Positions 49,106 through 61,769 of a DNA stretch of 64,000 nucleotides are shown here, one piece after another; the stretch's first letter is position 1, and each line of letters opens with the position of its first letter. Both the position numbers and the translations under genes were made by a program. The notes under the pieces were generated by a model, which ran no database searches, had not been told where the DNA came from, and saw nothing but the letters and a program-made list of their open reading frames with translations. Origin of the DNA: Felis catus (Eukaryota); contig NC_058368.1 in the NCBI RefSeq assembly GCF_018350175.1, positions 22,632,001 through 22,696,000 on the forward strand, written 5' to 3'.

Positions 49106-49830
49106 CGTTCTGTGGGTTGAACTGTGTCTGAGGTAAAGATATATTGAAGTCCTAACATCAGTATCTTTGAATATGACCTTATTTGGATATAAGGTCTTTG
49201 CAAACATAATCAAGTTAAGATGAGGTTGGATTAGGATGGGCCCTAATCTAATGACTGGTGTCCTTATGAGTGAGAGAGTTAGAGACACATAGATACAGGA
49301 AAGAAGGCCATATGGAGGGCGCCTGGGTGGCTCAGTCAGCTAAGCATCTGATGTCAGCTTAGGCCATGATCTCATGGTTTGTGAGTTCAAGCCCCCTTCA
49401 GGTGAGCATTACTCCTGCTTTGGGTAGAAACACCAGCCCAGCCTCAGGTGAGCCCTGCTTCTCTCTCTCTCTCTCTCTGCCACTCCTTGGATTTTCTCTC
49501 CCTCTCTCCCTGCCCCTCACTCACTTGCGCCCTCTCTCAAAAAAAGAAAAAGAAAAAAGAAAAAAAGAAGGCCATGTGGAGATGAAGGCAGAGGTTGAAT
49601 TTATGCTACCACAAGCCAAGGAACATCAAGGAATGCCACTGATGGAACCATTAGGAACTGGAGGAAGCCAGGAAGGATTTTCCCCAGAGTCTTTAGAGGG
49701 AGCATGGCCCTGATGACAACCCCTGGATTTCAGACTTCTAGCCTCCAGAATGTTTAGAGAATAGATGTTTGTTGTTTTAAGCCACTCAGTTTATGGTATG
49801 TTGTCACAGCAGTTCTAGGAAACTGACACG
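49106..49830 (+). mobile_element. MLT1C/D solo LTR with a nested SINE
   Basis: ATGACCTTATTTGGATATAAGGTCTTTGCAAA...TTCAGACTTCTAGCCTCCAGAA...CTAGGAAACTGACAC. Confidence 0.88.
49317..49563 (+). mobile_element. Can-SINE variant with reiterated post-B-box segment
   Basis: TSD AAAGAAGGCCATRTGGA at 49300-49316 and 49564-49580; internal TCAGGTGAGC repeated. Confidence 0.9.
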
Positions 49831-51507
49831 CCTCTCTACAGTCTTATCAACATAGACCCAAGTGTGATCCCTTTAAAGAATGGTTCTAATCTGATCAGTC
49901 CTCCAGCAAAAACCCTCCAATACCCTCCATGTCCATCCTTACAGTTGCTGATGAGATCCACTATGATCTTTCCCTACCTTTACCTCTTCTACCTCCCCAC
50001 TGGTGACCTCGCCTCATTTACTCTATCCTAGCTGCTGTTCCCGCTGTTCCGTACAAGCCAAGCACCCTCCCACAGTAGGACCTCTGCTCCTGCCTGGAAG
50101 GCTCTTCCCCAGAAGCCCACATGGCTCCTCCCTCACCTGCTGTAAGTCTTTGCTCAGGTGTCATCTTCTCAGTGAGGTGTACCTTGACCACCCTGTTCAC
50201 CCCCACACTCCCAAACCTTATCACTCTTCTTTATTTTTCCCATCCTGCAAATTATCTTTTCATATAGCATATATATTTTGCCAATCTATTATGTCTTCTC
50301 CCCAAGCTAGGATGTAAGCTTCACAGGGTAGATATTTCTGACTGACACATAAAAGGCACTTAGTAAATATTTGTTGAAATAATGAATGAAAATGAATGAA
50401 TGATTCTGTTGGGACAAAACTGTGGTTCTTTATCAAAAAAGTATCTTTTAAAGGCAGATAGTCCTTCTCCTCCAGTCTGGGAAGGCTGAGTTCTTTGTTC
50501 AATTTATCTGCAGGCCACATCCCCCGTATCTAATTTAAGCTAGGATCTTTCCAACTTAATCAAATGAGGATTAAATGCATGAGAACAAAATGTATGTAAA
50601 TGCAGCTGCCTTTTTCCTGGCACAGAATAAGTGCCTAATAAGTTAAGTTTCTATCCATCCCCCCCCCCCATCCATGCCAGTGAATACAGGATTTGCTTTT
50701 CCTGAAGGAGTGGGCTGGGGGCTTCTTTACCATGAGTCCTTCTAGTGACAGGGACAAGTGATCTGGGGCCACGGTGGTACCTACATCAGAGACCGCTCTT
50801 CCAGACTTGTGGGTAAGCAATGACATGCCAACATGCCAACATACCAGAGAGGCAAAAGCACAGATGTACATTATGGCAATTCTGGGCATAAAGCAATATG
50901 CCTTTTCAGTCCATTTGGGAATAAGTTTTACTGTTAAGGATGTAGTTCTTGCCCCTCAGTGCCCTCTGGCACTTTGTGCTAAAGCACAGCATCAACACAG
51001 AGGACCCAGAGGAAAGAAGCAGGGGCTGTGTTCACCACCTGCCCTGGCATAGTGAGCGTAGCTTAACACAGCCCCCCAATCTGGGACCCCCCCAGACCTT
51101 GGGACTTAGCTTTCCAAGTAACAAAGTCACATAGCAATTGCTGTCATAAAGGGAAGGAGAACTCTTAAAGCAGAGCCTAGGTAGCTGACACTTATTCCAA
51201 TTCATGTTCCCCTTTACTTATTCTTTTGCACTGGAATCATATGAGATTTCATAGAATTTTTCTCTGAAGTTCATCTTCCATTGAGTTTATAGTCATACTG
51301 CCAAAAAAATATAAAACTATTTCCCAGAATCCCCCAAAACAGTATCTTTGTGAAGCATATGAGAATTTCTAGGAAATAAATATTTTGAATTAGAAAGACT
51401 TCTCGCTGTTACTTATACATGATCTTGTTTAATCCTCTCAAGAGGTGGCTATCACTGTCGTATAGATGATACAGACTAGATGAGTTCAGAAAGTGGCACA
51501 AGGTCCC

Positions 51508-51975
51508 TGTATTATTTTCCTGGCCCTGCAATAAAACATTGCTACAAACGTGGCAGTTGAAAACAACAAAAATGCATCCTCTTACAGTTTTTGAAACCAG
51601 AAATCTGAAATCAAGTTGTCGGCAGGCTTAGCTGCTTCTGGAGTGTCTGGGGAAGAATCCTTTCTTGCTGCTTCTCGGTTCCTAGTGGCGGTATCCATGC
51701 TGGCATTGTCTGGCTTGAGGCTGCGTTGATCCATTCTCTGCCTTCACATCCACACAGCCTTCTCCTGTGTGTGTCTCTTTGTGGTTAAATCTCCTTCTCA
51801 TCTCTTAGAAGGATGGGCTCGTGGCCCACCTTAAGTACAGGATGATGTCATCTCCTGATATTGAATCTAATTACATCTGCAAAGACCCTATTTCCAAATA
51901 AGGGCACATTCACAGGGACCAGGGTTTAGGACTTGGACGTATCTTTTAGGAGATGACACAAGTCAACCTGCTATA
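51508..51975 (-). mobile_element. MLT1C/D solo LTR inserted in a MIR
   Basis: TGTATTATTTTCCTG...CCCTATTTCCAAATAAGG..; near-TSD GTCCC/GTCAC. Confidence 0.88.
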
Positions 51976-52404
51976 GTCACCAAGAAGTGACAAAGCCAGG
52001 ACTCAAGCTCAATTCTGATGTTAGCATTCTAATTCCATACTGCCTTCCTAAGGAATCCCAAAAGAACTAGCATAACCCACTCTAGACTTAATAGCTGTCT
52101 TGAGAACAAGTATCTCTTCAGTTGTCTTCTTTTCCTAAGAGAAAGTTTTAAATTTCCCACAATCTATTAGGAGTCAGATGGAATGTAATCTCTGAGTCCT
52201 TGTCAGAATTCCTTGGGAAGTATACAGAAAGTTATTCTAATGCTAAGCATGCTTTGTACCATCTGTCTTCCTACTAGATGTTGAAGCTGTTCTGAGACAG
52301 AGTCCCAGCACACACTACAACAGAGAGCTTCTAGCAACAGTGCCTAGGCAAATATTGCATTTGTAAAGATGCTCCTACATGGGGAGGGGTGATTTAGACT
52401 TTAC

Positions 52405-53260
52405 TGTAATGTCTGATTTTTATTAATGTTTATTTTTGAGAGAGAGAGAGAGAGAGAGAGAGAGCACGAGCGGGGGAGGGACAGAGAGAGACACACACAC
52501 ACAGAATCCGAAGCAGGCTCCAGGCTCTGAGCTGTCAGCACAGAGCCTGACACTTGGCTCAAACTCACAAACTGCGAGATCATGACCTGAGCCAAAGTCA
52601 GATGCTCAACTGACTGAGCCACCCAGGTGCCCCTGTCTGAATTTTTTTTTTTTTTACCAATAAGAATGCATTTGTGTTCTGTGTAGTGAAGGATTATTTC
52701 AGCAAGTCTGTGTTGTCCAAACATGTACATTTCCTGGAAAAGTTTGGCCCTTACTCAACTCTTAAGAGATAACCTCTGGGTCATTGGAATATCCTGCCTG
52801 ATGAAAGTATCTTTGTTTACCTAAGTTTCTTGGGCTATCCCAGATAGTTTACACTAACAATGTGACTTATTGAGGGCCTTGGGCCACATGTTATTACCCT
52901 GAGGGTCTGGAGTTAGGTCAACCACATGCGCAGTCACCCATACATATGTAATAGAACCCCAATAAAACTCCTGGACTACAAGGCTCAGTGAGCTTCCCTT
53001 GTTGGCAACACTTCATGTGCATTGCCTTATAACACTGCCTGAAGAATTAAGCATTGCCTATATGACGCCAATGGGAGAGGACAGCTGGAAGTTTGTGCCC
53101 AGTCTCTCCTAGACTCTGTCCCATACACCTTTTGCTGTTGTTGACTTTAATCTATATCCTTCCACTGCAATAAGCCATAACCATTACTGTAACAGTTTTG
53201 TTCTTTCTCATCCTACTGAATCATTGAATCTGAGAGTGGTTTGGGGAAATACCAAACACA
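52405..53260 (+). mobile_element. MER21-like LTR
   Basis: AAGGCTCAGTGAGCTTCCCTTGTTGGCAACACTTC..GGGAGAGGACAGCTGGAAG..GAATCATTGAATCTGAGAGTGG hallmark. Confidence 0.8.
52421..52633 (-). mobile_element. Can-SINE inside MER21
   Basis: Reverse-complement SINE; TSD TGTCTGA(T/A)TT. Confidence 0.95.
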
Positions 53261-54773
53261 GGAACTATCGCCTAATAAAACTCCATAATTTTGTAAACAA
53301 TGCATGGTTGCTTCAACATTCAATTCTGGCAAAGTTCTGCTGAATTATAAACTCCATCACAGTGAGGATTGTGCCTTTCTATATTCATCTTTACCTCTGA
53401 CCCCCAGTCCCACAATACTCCTATGGAGCTTGGCATGTACTAGTTATTCAGTGGAACAAATGGGAATGACATTGAAATCTGAGACAAGGCTGAAGAATCT
53501 CCTATAACCAGAGCTGACTTGCAGGCCCTTGATGAGCACTGTTGTAAATGTAACTCAAACAATGAAGATCACACAAGGTTGAGTGATGTGAGCCTCCATT
53601 TGATGGATTTTGAATGATAAACTCTCTTAAGGTGGCCTTTCTCCTTGAAGCCTCTGTTCCCTCCCTCTGTGGCTTGGCAGACAGTGCTTGAACCATGGGC
53701 AAGTCTAGTATATTTGAACTGATCCTGGGTTGTTAGGGAGTACACATTCTCTCTTCCCTTCCCTTTCAACAAGAGATCTGTTTGCAAGGACAGTATTTTA
53801 ATTTCAGCTCCTGGATTTTCTGACGCTTTTAACACTGCTATGCCATTATTATAAATGGGCAGTCTCCCTGAATCCAGAGCTTTAGTGGGAAGGCAATCCT
53901 GGGACTGAGCAACTTCTTCAATTGCAGCCTTGAAAAAGATGCCATGATGCCACAAGAAAAGCAGCAATGTCCTCAACAGGTTTAGTTTATAACTAAAATT
54001 TTTGTGGGCTCCCAGGTTGGTCAAAATCCTAGTCTAAGAAGAAATATAGCTGGTTAAATTGTGGCAAATGTTAAGGTCTACCAAATTGTCTAGAGCCAGC
54101 ATCTTTTCAGGAGTCTCTGTTTGGTTTGCTTTGAAATAGAATAAAATCTTTTCAGCACATGATGCCAAGCAGCAAATAGACAAACCAACCAGCATGCACT
54201 AAAACAGACAATAGTAGAAGCATTTAACGCAGGATGGAGGCCATTCTCCACTGCCATCCAGAAATAGTTGAAGAGTCTCCACTGCTTGCTTTTGTTCAAT
54301 GCACCTGTCTGTTCATGTGTTTTTTGTTTTGTTTTGTTTTGTTTTTTGTCCCATATCAATATCTACACCAGCAAAGTTTTTTGGGTAAAAATTTGAAATG
54401 AAACAAAGTTGGTGGACCAACTGACTTTTTGACAAGGATGCCAAGACAGTTAAATTGGAAAAGAAAAATCTTCCCAACAAATGGTGCTGGGGCAACAGGA
54501 TAACCATCTGCAGAAGAATAGAGGAGGACCCTCACTTCATGCCATCACTAACAAAACTGACTCAAATGGTCAAAAGCCTAAATGTAAGACTTAAAACTGT
54601 AAGTCTTAGAGGAAGACATAGGATTAACCTTTGTGATCTTAGATTAGGCAACCATCTGTTAAGTATGACACCAAGGCACAAGTGACAAAATACAAAAGGA
54701 TTACAAAATAAGATATCAAGATTAAAACTTTTGTGCATCAAAGGACAGCAAGTAAAAGTAAAAAGACAGCCTA

Positions 54774-54989
54774 GGGGTGCCTGGGTGGCTCAGTCAGTTA
54801 AGCATCCAACTTCAGCTCAGGTCATGATCTCATGGTTCATGGGTTTGAGCCCCGTGTCAGGCTCTGTGCTGACAGCTCAGAGCCTGGAACCTGCTTCAGA
54901 GTCTGTGTCTCCCTCTCTCTCTGCCTCTCCCCTGCTCATGCTCTGTCTCTCTCTAAAAAATGAATAAACATAATTTAAAAAAAATTTTT
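54774..54989 (+). mobile_element. Can-SINE inside L1
   Basis: Typical head, CT linker and tail. Confidence 0.95.
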
Positions 54990-55479
54990 AAAGTAAAAAG
55001 CCTACAGAATGGGAGAAAATACCTACAAATCATATATCTGATAAGGGACCTGTATGTATAATATAAAAATAAAATATATAATAATAAATAATAAAATATA
55101 CACATATTATAAAAATAATAAAAATATATAAGCCAGTTGTAAAATAGGAAAAGGACCTGAATAGGCATTTCTCCAAAGAAGATATACAAATGGCCAGTAA
55201 ACACATGAAAAATTTTTCTACATATTAACCATCAGGCAAATACAAATCAAAACCACAACAAGATAGCATTCCACATTCACTAGGATGGCTGAATTCAACT
55301 AGTCAGATAGATAATAAAGTGCTGGTAAGTATGTGGAGAAATTGGAGCCCTCATACACTGCTGATAGGGATGTAAAATGGTGTGGCTGCCTTGGAAAACA
55401 GTCTGACAACTCCTCATGGGTTTAAACATAGAGTTACCAATATGATCCAACAATTCCATTTCTAGGTATCTACTTAAGA

Positions 55480-55887
55480 TATAGTCAGTTCAGGCTGCTA
55501 TAATAAAAATACCATATGCTGAGTGGCTTAAACAACAAACATGTTTGTTTCTTACAGTTCTGGAACCTGGAAGTGTGAGAACAGAATGCTGTCATGGTGG
55601 GTTCTGGGGAGAGCCCCCTTCCTTGTTTACAGTTAGCATCTTCGTGTGTCTTCATGTGGCAGAGAAAGAGAAGGAGCCAGGGATAGAGCTAGAGCTTGAG
55701 ATAGAAGAGAGAGAGCATGGAGGTTTCTTCCTCTTCTTGTACGGGTACTAATCCCATTCATGAGGGCTCCACTCCACCCTCATGACCTAATCACCTCCCA
55801 TAGGCCCCACCTCCTAACACCGTTACATTGGGAGTTAGGGCTTCAACATATGAATTTAGGGGAACACAAAACATTCGGTCCATGACA
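55480..55887 (-). mobile_element. MLT1A-like solo LTR inside L1
   Basis: CAGTTCAGGCTGCTATAA..CACCCTCATGACCTAATCACCTCCCA..AACATTCGGTCCATGACA. Confidence 0.88.
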
Positions 55888-56569
55888 ACATACATCTGCA
55901 CAAAAATTTGGACACAAATGTTGATAGCAGCATCATTCATAATGGCCAAAAGGTAAAACAAAAATCAAAAAACAACAAATTCATCAATTGATAAATAAAT
56001 AAAATGTGATATATCCATACAATGGAATATTATTTGGCAATAAAAAAATGAAGTACTCATATATGCTATACAATGTGGACGGATTTCAAAAACATTATGC
56101 TAAGTGAAAAAAAAGCCAGTCACAAGGACCACATACAGTATGATACCATTTATATAAATGTCCAGAATACAGAAATCTATAGAGACAGAAAATATATTAG
56201 TGGTTGCCTAGAGCTGTGGGCAATGAGAAGATGGTGGGAAGGACAATGGCTAAGGGATGTATCCTTTCTCTTTTTAGGGTAATAAAAAATTGCTAAAATT
56301 GATTATGGTGATGGACGTACAATTTTGTGAATACGCTAAAAGTCATTAAATGATGCACTTCAAATGGCTGAATTGTAGGTATGTGATTATATCACAAAAA
56401 CATTTTTAAGGCTGTTTTTTAAAAAGGGATAAAAATTGAGCAAATTTTTCTGAAGGGCATTGACCTGTACAAAAAAAATCGCACATAGGTCAGCTCCCCG
56501 TCATATGTCCCAGCACTTACTGAGCATGTCATTGGTACCAGGCAATCCTGTTCTAACTCCAGCAAGATC

Positions 56570-56957
56570 GCACAACCAGGAAAGTGGGAGGCTATGTCCC
56601 CATGAGAAAGTACCTTGCTACACTGCTAACAATCTGTAGCATCAATCTTCATCCCAGCCTTCCCCCAAAGGGAGCTTCGGCCATTTACGAGGGTGACTGT
56701 GCACCGGAAAAGAGGAAATCATCAGACTTTTGGGGGCTCACTGGACACTAACTCTGAACTGACACTAATTCTAATAGGCCCCAAACATTACTGAGCCAGT
56801 CGGAGTGGAGGCTTATGGAGGTCAGGTGATCAGTGGCATTTTAGTTCAGATTTATCTCACCATGGGGGCAGTGAGGGCCATCCCGTGGTCACTTCCCATT
56901 TCCGGCATGTATAAGTGAAATTGGCATACACACCAGCTGGCAAAATCCCCACATGGG
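56570..56957 (+). mobile_element. ERV-L internal fragment: protease region
   Basis: PQRELRPFTRVTVHRKRGNHQTFGGSLDTNSELTLI / PVGVEAYGGQVISGILVQIYLTMG / HPVV..CI..SWQNPH resembles ERV-L protease. The active site LDTG has become LDTN at 56741-56752. Confidence 0.88.
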
Positions 56958-57326
56958 TGGGGTTCTGCACTGAAATCCAGGTCTATCTGCCTCCAGAGGC
57001 CCGTGTTCTCTCCACCATGCCAATGCCAATGAGAGCAAAAGATCAGATTACTAACAACAGGCTCCAGCAACCCTAGAATGTATTCCTAGCTTCTGCATAA
57101 TGAAGTTATGGCTGGTGATCTGGTTTCTCAGTACAGAGCTGATTAGAAGCAGCAAATGTGAAGGGAATACAAATTAGAGACATTCTGATGCCAGCCATGA
57201 GGAATAAACACTGACAATCCTCGATGAGACAGAACCTACAAGAAGGAGGCAGACAATCCTCCTGCAGAGAGAGAAGCACCCCTTGGGGATGGCGTACAGA
57301 TGCTGCCCACTGCCACAGCCCCCAGG

Positions 57327-57519
57327 CGGGGGGTTGTCCATGTCAGTCCCCAGTGGGCGTCACAGTCACCTGGAGGCCTTGATACAGCAGATTTGCTGGA
57401 CTCCACTTCCAGAGTTCCAGATTCAGTGGGTCTGGGGCGGGGCCTGAGAATGTGCATTTCTAACAAGTTCTGGGGGCTGCTGATGCTGCTGGTCCAGGGA
57501 CACACTTTGAGAACCGCTG
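57327..57519 (-). mobile_element. MER5A (hAT-Charlie MITE)
   Basis: GCATTTCTAACAAGTTC..GATGCTGCTGGTCCAGGGACACACTTTGAGAACCGCTG terminus. Confidence 0.88.
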
Positions 57520-57796
57520 GTCTATAATTGAGCCCAGGGCACTACCACGTGTTCCCAATAATTGAATCTTTTTTCTAAAAAAAAGAAAGATTATTTTTAA
57601 GAAATTTATTTGTTTTTACCTTCACTGTCTTTCTCCTCACAAAAAATAAGCTTCTTGGTGTCATTGTCTTTTGTTCACCATGAATGCCCAGAATCTGGAA
57701 CAGGCCTGGCACTTACTAGGGTCCTAATAAATAATTATTGAACGAGCAAATGAAAAAAATATATTGTTTTGCTATAATGTTGGTTAAAAGGAAGGG

Positions 57797-57806
57797 TTGT
57801 GTATGC

Positions 57807-57842
<36 letters not shown>

Positions 57843-58195
57843 TGTGTGTATAGGGCATGTGTGTATATATTGTGTGGGGGGCATGTATGTATTATATGTG
57901 TGTAGGGCACGTGTGTATGTGTATACATGAATTGTGGGGGGGGCGTGTGTGTATATAGGACATGTGTGTATGTGTATATACATATTGTGTATGTGTGTGC
58001 ATATGGCATGTGTGGGTATGTATTGTGTGTGGGGCATGTGTGTATGTGTATGTATGTATTGTGTGTGTAGGGTGTGTGTGCATAGGGCATGTGTGTGTAA
58101 GGCATGTGTGCATGCATGTGTATGGCATGTGTATGGGTAGGGCATGTGTGTGGATGGGGTGTATGTTTGTGTGTGTTGTGTATGTAGTGTGTGGG
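57797..58195 (+). repeat. TG-rich low-complexity/minisatellite tract with a recurrent GGGCATGTGTG unit
   Basis: Directly visible. Confidence 0.9.
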
Positions 58196-58601
58196 GGCGC
58201 TGGGTAGAGAGGATCAGAGCACAGGAAAGCTAATTGTTGGGCAGGAAAGGAACCCTCCTGCCTTCACCTCCTTTAAGAAAACGGAACTTGAGGAGCACAG
58301 TGAGTGGGAGGAGTGACTGCTGTTTGTGAGAAGCTGATTTTCTTCTCGGTGCAGATGCTAAGAGCGCAGGTCCAGCCTCAGGACGGGTTAGAAGCCCACC
58401 GTGAGCACACACTCGGGTTTGCCTCCACCAGGGCCGCAGGCTGGGCCTACACTGAACCGTGGACAGCGGGTGCCGGGATGGAAAGCAGGCTCAGTTTATC
58501 TCCTCTGAGTCCTGTGTGTGCTGGAAGCAGGAGCTCCCTGGTGAACTGCCTGCACGGTGACTACCCGGTGCTGCTGAGAAAAGATGGGCGTTTCTGGTGG
58601 T

Positions 58602-58605
58602 AAAA

Positions 58606-58649
<44 letters not shown>

Positions 58650-58671
58650 GTATTTATTTATTTATTTATAT

Positions 58672-58708
<37 letters not shown>
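58602..58708 (+). repeat. Compound (A)n(TA)n(TATG)n(TATT)n(CA)n microsatellite
   Basis: Directly visible. Confidence 0.95.
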
Positions 58709-58710
<2 letters not shown>

Positions 58711-60165
58711 GTCTGAAAGTTCCCACCACACACCTTTCTGACACAGAAATGTTACACCAGAAAGCCAGGAGATCAGCTAGTCCAGCTTCTTGATTGCAGA
58801 GGAGGGTAATTACAGCCCAGGAAGCAGAGATCACTCATGCAAGTCAATAGCAGACCCAGAACTGGAATTCAACCCTGTCCATCAAGAGAGCTTTCCACTA
58901 CACGCCCTGCCATCACCCTGCGAAGAGATGTTGCCGCATTCATCCCCTGGGCAGGGTCTGCTATAGAATAGGTCTCCAGAAATACCTCAGCAATGAATAT
59001 GTGAATAACTCACTTCTTTCTGTGCCTACATGTGCTCTCAAGAGGTAGTATGATTATATATGACATATGAATATCTCTGTTGAGGTTAGAGAAAGAAAGG
59101 GATGTGACGGGGAAATGATAAAAGGAGATTTAGGCCTGGTGTGGCTATAGAGAATTAACTTTATGGGGTCCGTTAGTTGTTCGAGTCAGGAAACCCAACT
59201 TCACGGTGCACTCATGGTTGAGTGTTGAGGACTACTTCAAGCTAACCAAAATCTTGAGACCAGAATGCAATTAACTTTTATTGTGCCAAAGGGACTGGGT
59301 ATTTGAATTAGCTAATCAATCAGTCTTGCCCTATGGAAAGATCTAATTGGGAAGCCATTTCTTTTAACTGTGAGTCCCTAGAGGGCCAGTCTTAGCCTTT
59401 ATCACCATCACTCCAACCCCTAGCAGAGTGAATAATCACTCAAGAAGTTATCTCTTCATAGATGATAAGCTCCAGGAGGGCAGGCAATTGCCTTTCTTGT
59501 TCATTACTGTATTCCAAGCACTCAATAAATATTTGTTGAATGATTGAAGAGTTTTTTCATCAACATAAAATTAGGACAAAAAAATGTGTTTTATTGTCCT
59601 ATTGGTGTTGATAAGCTTACATGGACTGACACAGCCATTTATGCTAAGAAAATGCAGGTGCCAAGCAGCTGTAATGGGCCTGTGCCCACTGATATCTTCA
59701 CTGGATGGTATTGAAAACACTGATAACATTTTGCTCCCTGATCTCCCTTTTACTTTGAAGATCTGCCCTTGGGTTGGCACACTCCTTCTTCAGACAAGGT
59801 ACATTCCAGTTGCAACTTTCTTGGTTACACTCACCTTCTAATCACTCCTCTTGATAACTATACCTTGGCACCCTGGTCACCTTATTTGAAGTGGGTGAGC
59901 TGAAGTCTCCCCAGATGCTTGTATTTCTTGGGAGGAGTCCTATTCAGCACATGTTGATTCAACTCTGTTTCCTCCACAAAGGGCGACTGAGTTTCCAAGC
60001 CTCCTAGGAGTCTAACCATAGTCTGTAGCAAACATTCAGAAGGAGTCATAAAATGGGCAGGCAGCTGGGAAGTAAAAAACCCTGTGCTCTGTCTTCAAAT
60101 ATGAGATCCTCCTGAGCAACTAGCTGTCAATACCATTCACTGTCAATTCTAATTAACATGTTTGT

Positions 60166-60390
60166 GGGGCTCCTGGGTGGTTCAGTTGGTTAAGCATCCG
60201 TCTTTGGCTCAGGTCATGATCTCACGGTTTGTGAGTTCAAGCCCTGAATCAGGCTCTGTGCTGACAGCTCAGAGCCTGGAGCCTGCTTTGGATTCCTTGT
60301 CTCCCTCTCTCTCTCTGCCCTCTCTCACTCCTTCTCTGCCTCTCAAAAAAAAAAAAATAATAAATGTTTAAAAAAATTTTTTAAAGAAAA
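60166..60390 (+). mobile_element. Can-SINE
   Basis: Typical head, CT linker and A-tail. Confidence 0.95.
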
Positions 60391-60863
60391 AGAAAGGGGA
60401 TGTAATTGTTGGCTCAGCAGTGGACATTCCCGCAGTGGTGTAATGAACATTTTAAATATAGATTGAATAAAAAATATGATATAAGTTTACTGGTAGCTGT
60501 GGGTGAGAGGAGAAATAAGGTTGGGGATATACAGCAGCTAAATCTTCATCTATCAGAACAGGACAACAATAGCTACTATCTGAAACTGATGAGTCAGGAA
60601 ACAGCGTTGTGTTTACATTCCTTAAAAATATGGAGTTAAATACCAGAAAAATGAAAGGGGTTTAGAAGGGTTGAGGTGATTGCCATCAAGGAGCACGAAC
60701 AAGGAGGTGGAAAGACAGAAATGTGAAACAAGTCACCCTTGGTATTTATCTTTTAATCTTTTAGCACTATTAGGCTGTGTGTGTGTCTGTGTCTATGTAT
60801 GTCTATGTGTGTCTGTGTGTCTATGCATATACATTCCACTGACAAAAGTTAAAAATGCTAAGA

Positions 60864-61060
60864 GGGGCGCCTGGGTGGCTCAGTTGGTTAAGTGTCTGAC
60901 TTTGGCTCAGGTCATGATCTCCTGGTTCCTGGGTTTAAGCCCCTGCATCGGGCTCTCTGCTGTCTTCCCAGAGCCCACTTCAGATCTTCTGTCCTCCTCT
61001 CCCTCTGCTCTTCCGCCGCTTGTGCTCGCTCTCTCTCTCTCAAAAATAAACATTATTAAA
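60864..61060 (+). mobile_element. Can-SINE
   Basis: Degenerate TSD AAAAATGCTAAGA / AAAAATGTTTAAGA. Confidence 0.95.
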
Positions 61061-61479
61061 AAAAATGTTTAAGACTGTGGAATGTGGTGCATTATAGAGA
61101 GATTTCCTTTAAAAATCCTGCTGTCAATAAGCACCTACATAGGATCTAAGATGCAAGCTTTAGCTATTTGGAAAGTGCCCTCATGTGGCCCCCTTCGCCC
61201 CAAACACTCAGTTCAGCGCAGTTCATGATACCCTCAGGCCTCCCTTCAGACTCCTACCTCGTAAGTCACCTGGGCAAACAGAGGCTGTTTACTCTGCTTA
61301 TCCAGGCACTGAAGGTTTTCTCCAGAAAAAAGGTGCCTGTGCTTTTCTGTAGCTGATAAAGCGTGTCTCTTAACTCCCCACAGAAAAGGGATTTTGGTGG
61401 CTCAGCCCTTCTGGCCTTTGCCAAAAGGCAGCTCAGGCTTTTAACTCACTCTCAGAAGTGAGTTCCAAAACTTCTGTTT

Positions 61480-61740
61480 GCATCATGACTTTTCAGGCTC
61501 AAGGCTCTTTTGCCCTCCAAGTCCCTTCCTCCATAAAAAAAAAGTATCAAACGTTTTATCTGACGACTGCACCAGTAAAAAAATTACTACAATGCAGGCT
61601 AGACTCACTGTTATGTATTCATTAATATGTGTTTTTTCCTTCTAATTTTAAGAGAAATTACAATATTATCGTGAGTCCCTAGAAGTCTCATGGACCTTTT
61701 GCACCGTGTCTGTTGTGACTAACGGGGGAGATGGGCCCTT
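61480..61740. mobile_element. Old hAT-type DNA transposon relic (MER96B-like)
   Basis: TTCTAATTTTAAGAGAAATTA..GTCCCTAGAAGTCTCATGGACC..GCACCGTGTCTGTTGTGACTAAC resembles a hAT MITE terminus. Confidence 0.45.
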
Positions 61741-61769
61741 GAGAACCTGAGGCAGCAAGAAGGTGGAGC

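Larger units (their letters stand above)
48670..50400 (+). mobile_element. L2a relic split by an MLT1 LTR
   Basis: CCTGGATGTCTG..CATCTTAAA..AACATG; 3' end TAAATATTTGTTGAAATAATGAATGAA. Confidence 0.85.
54400..56420 (+). mobile_element. Old L1 (L1MB-like) ORF2 3' relic plus 3'UTR
   Basis: NKWCWGN motif (ORF 54455), TTCTCCAAAGAAGATATACAAATGGCC and an L1MB-type 3' end. Confidence 0.88.

Noticed and set aside
53569..54024. 151-aa minus-strand ORF in unique DNA
   Set aside because: Non-ATG start, no recognisable domain and no convincing splice boundaries.
57716..58207. His/Thr-rich and Cys/Val-rich ORFs
   Set aside because: Translations of TG/CA low-complexity sequence.
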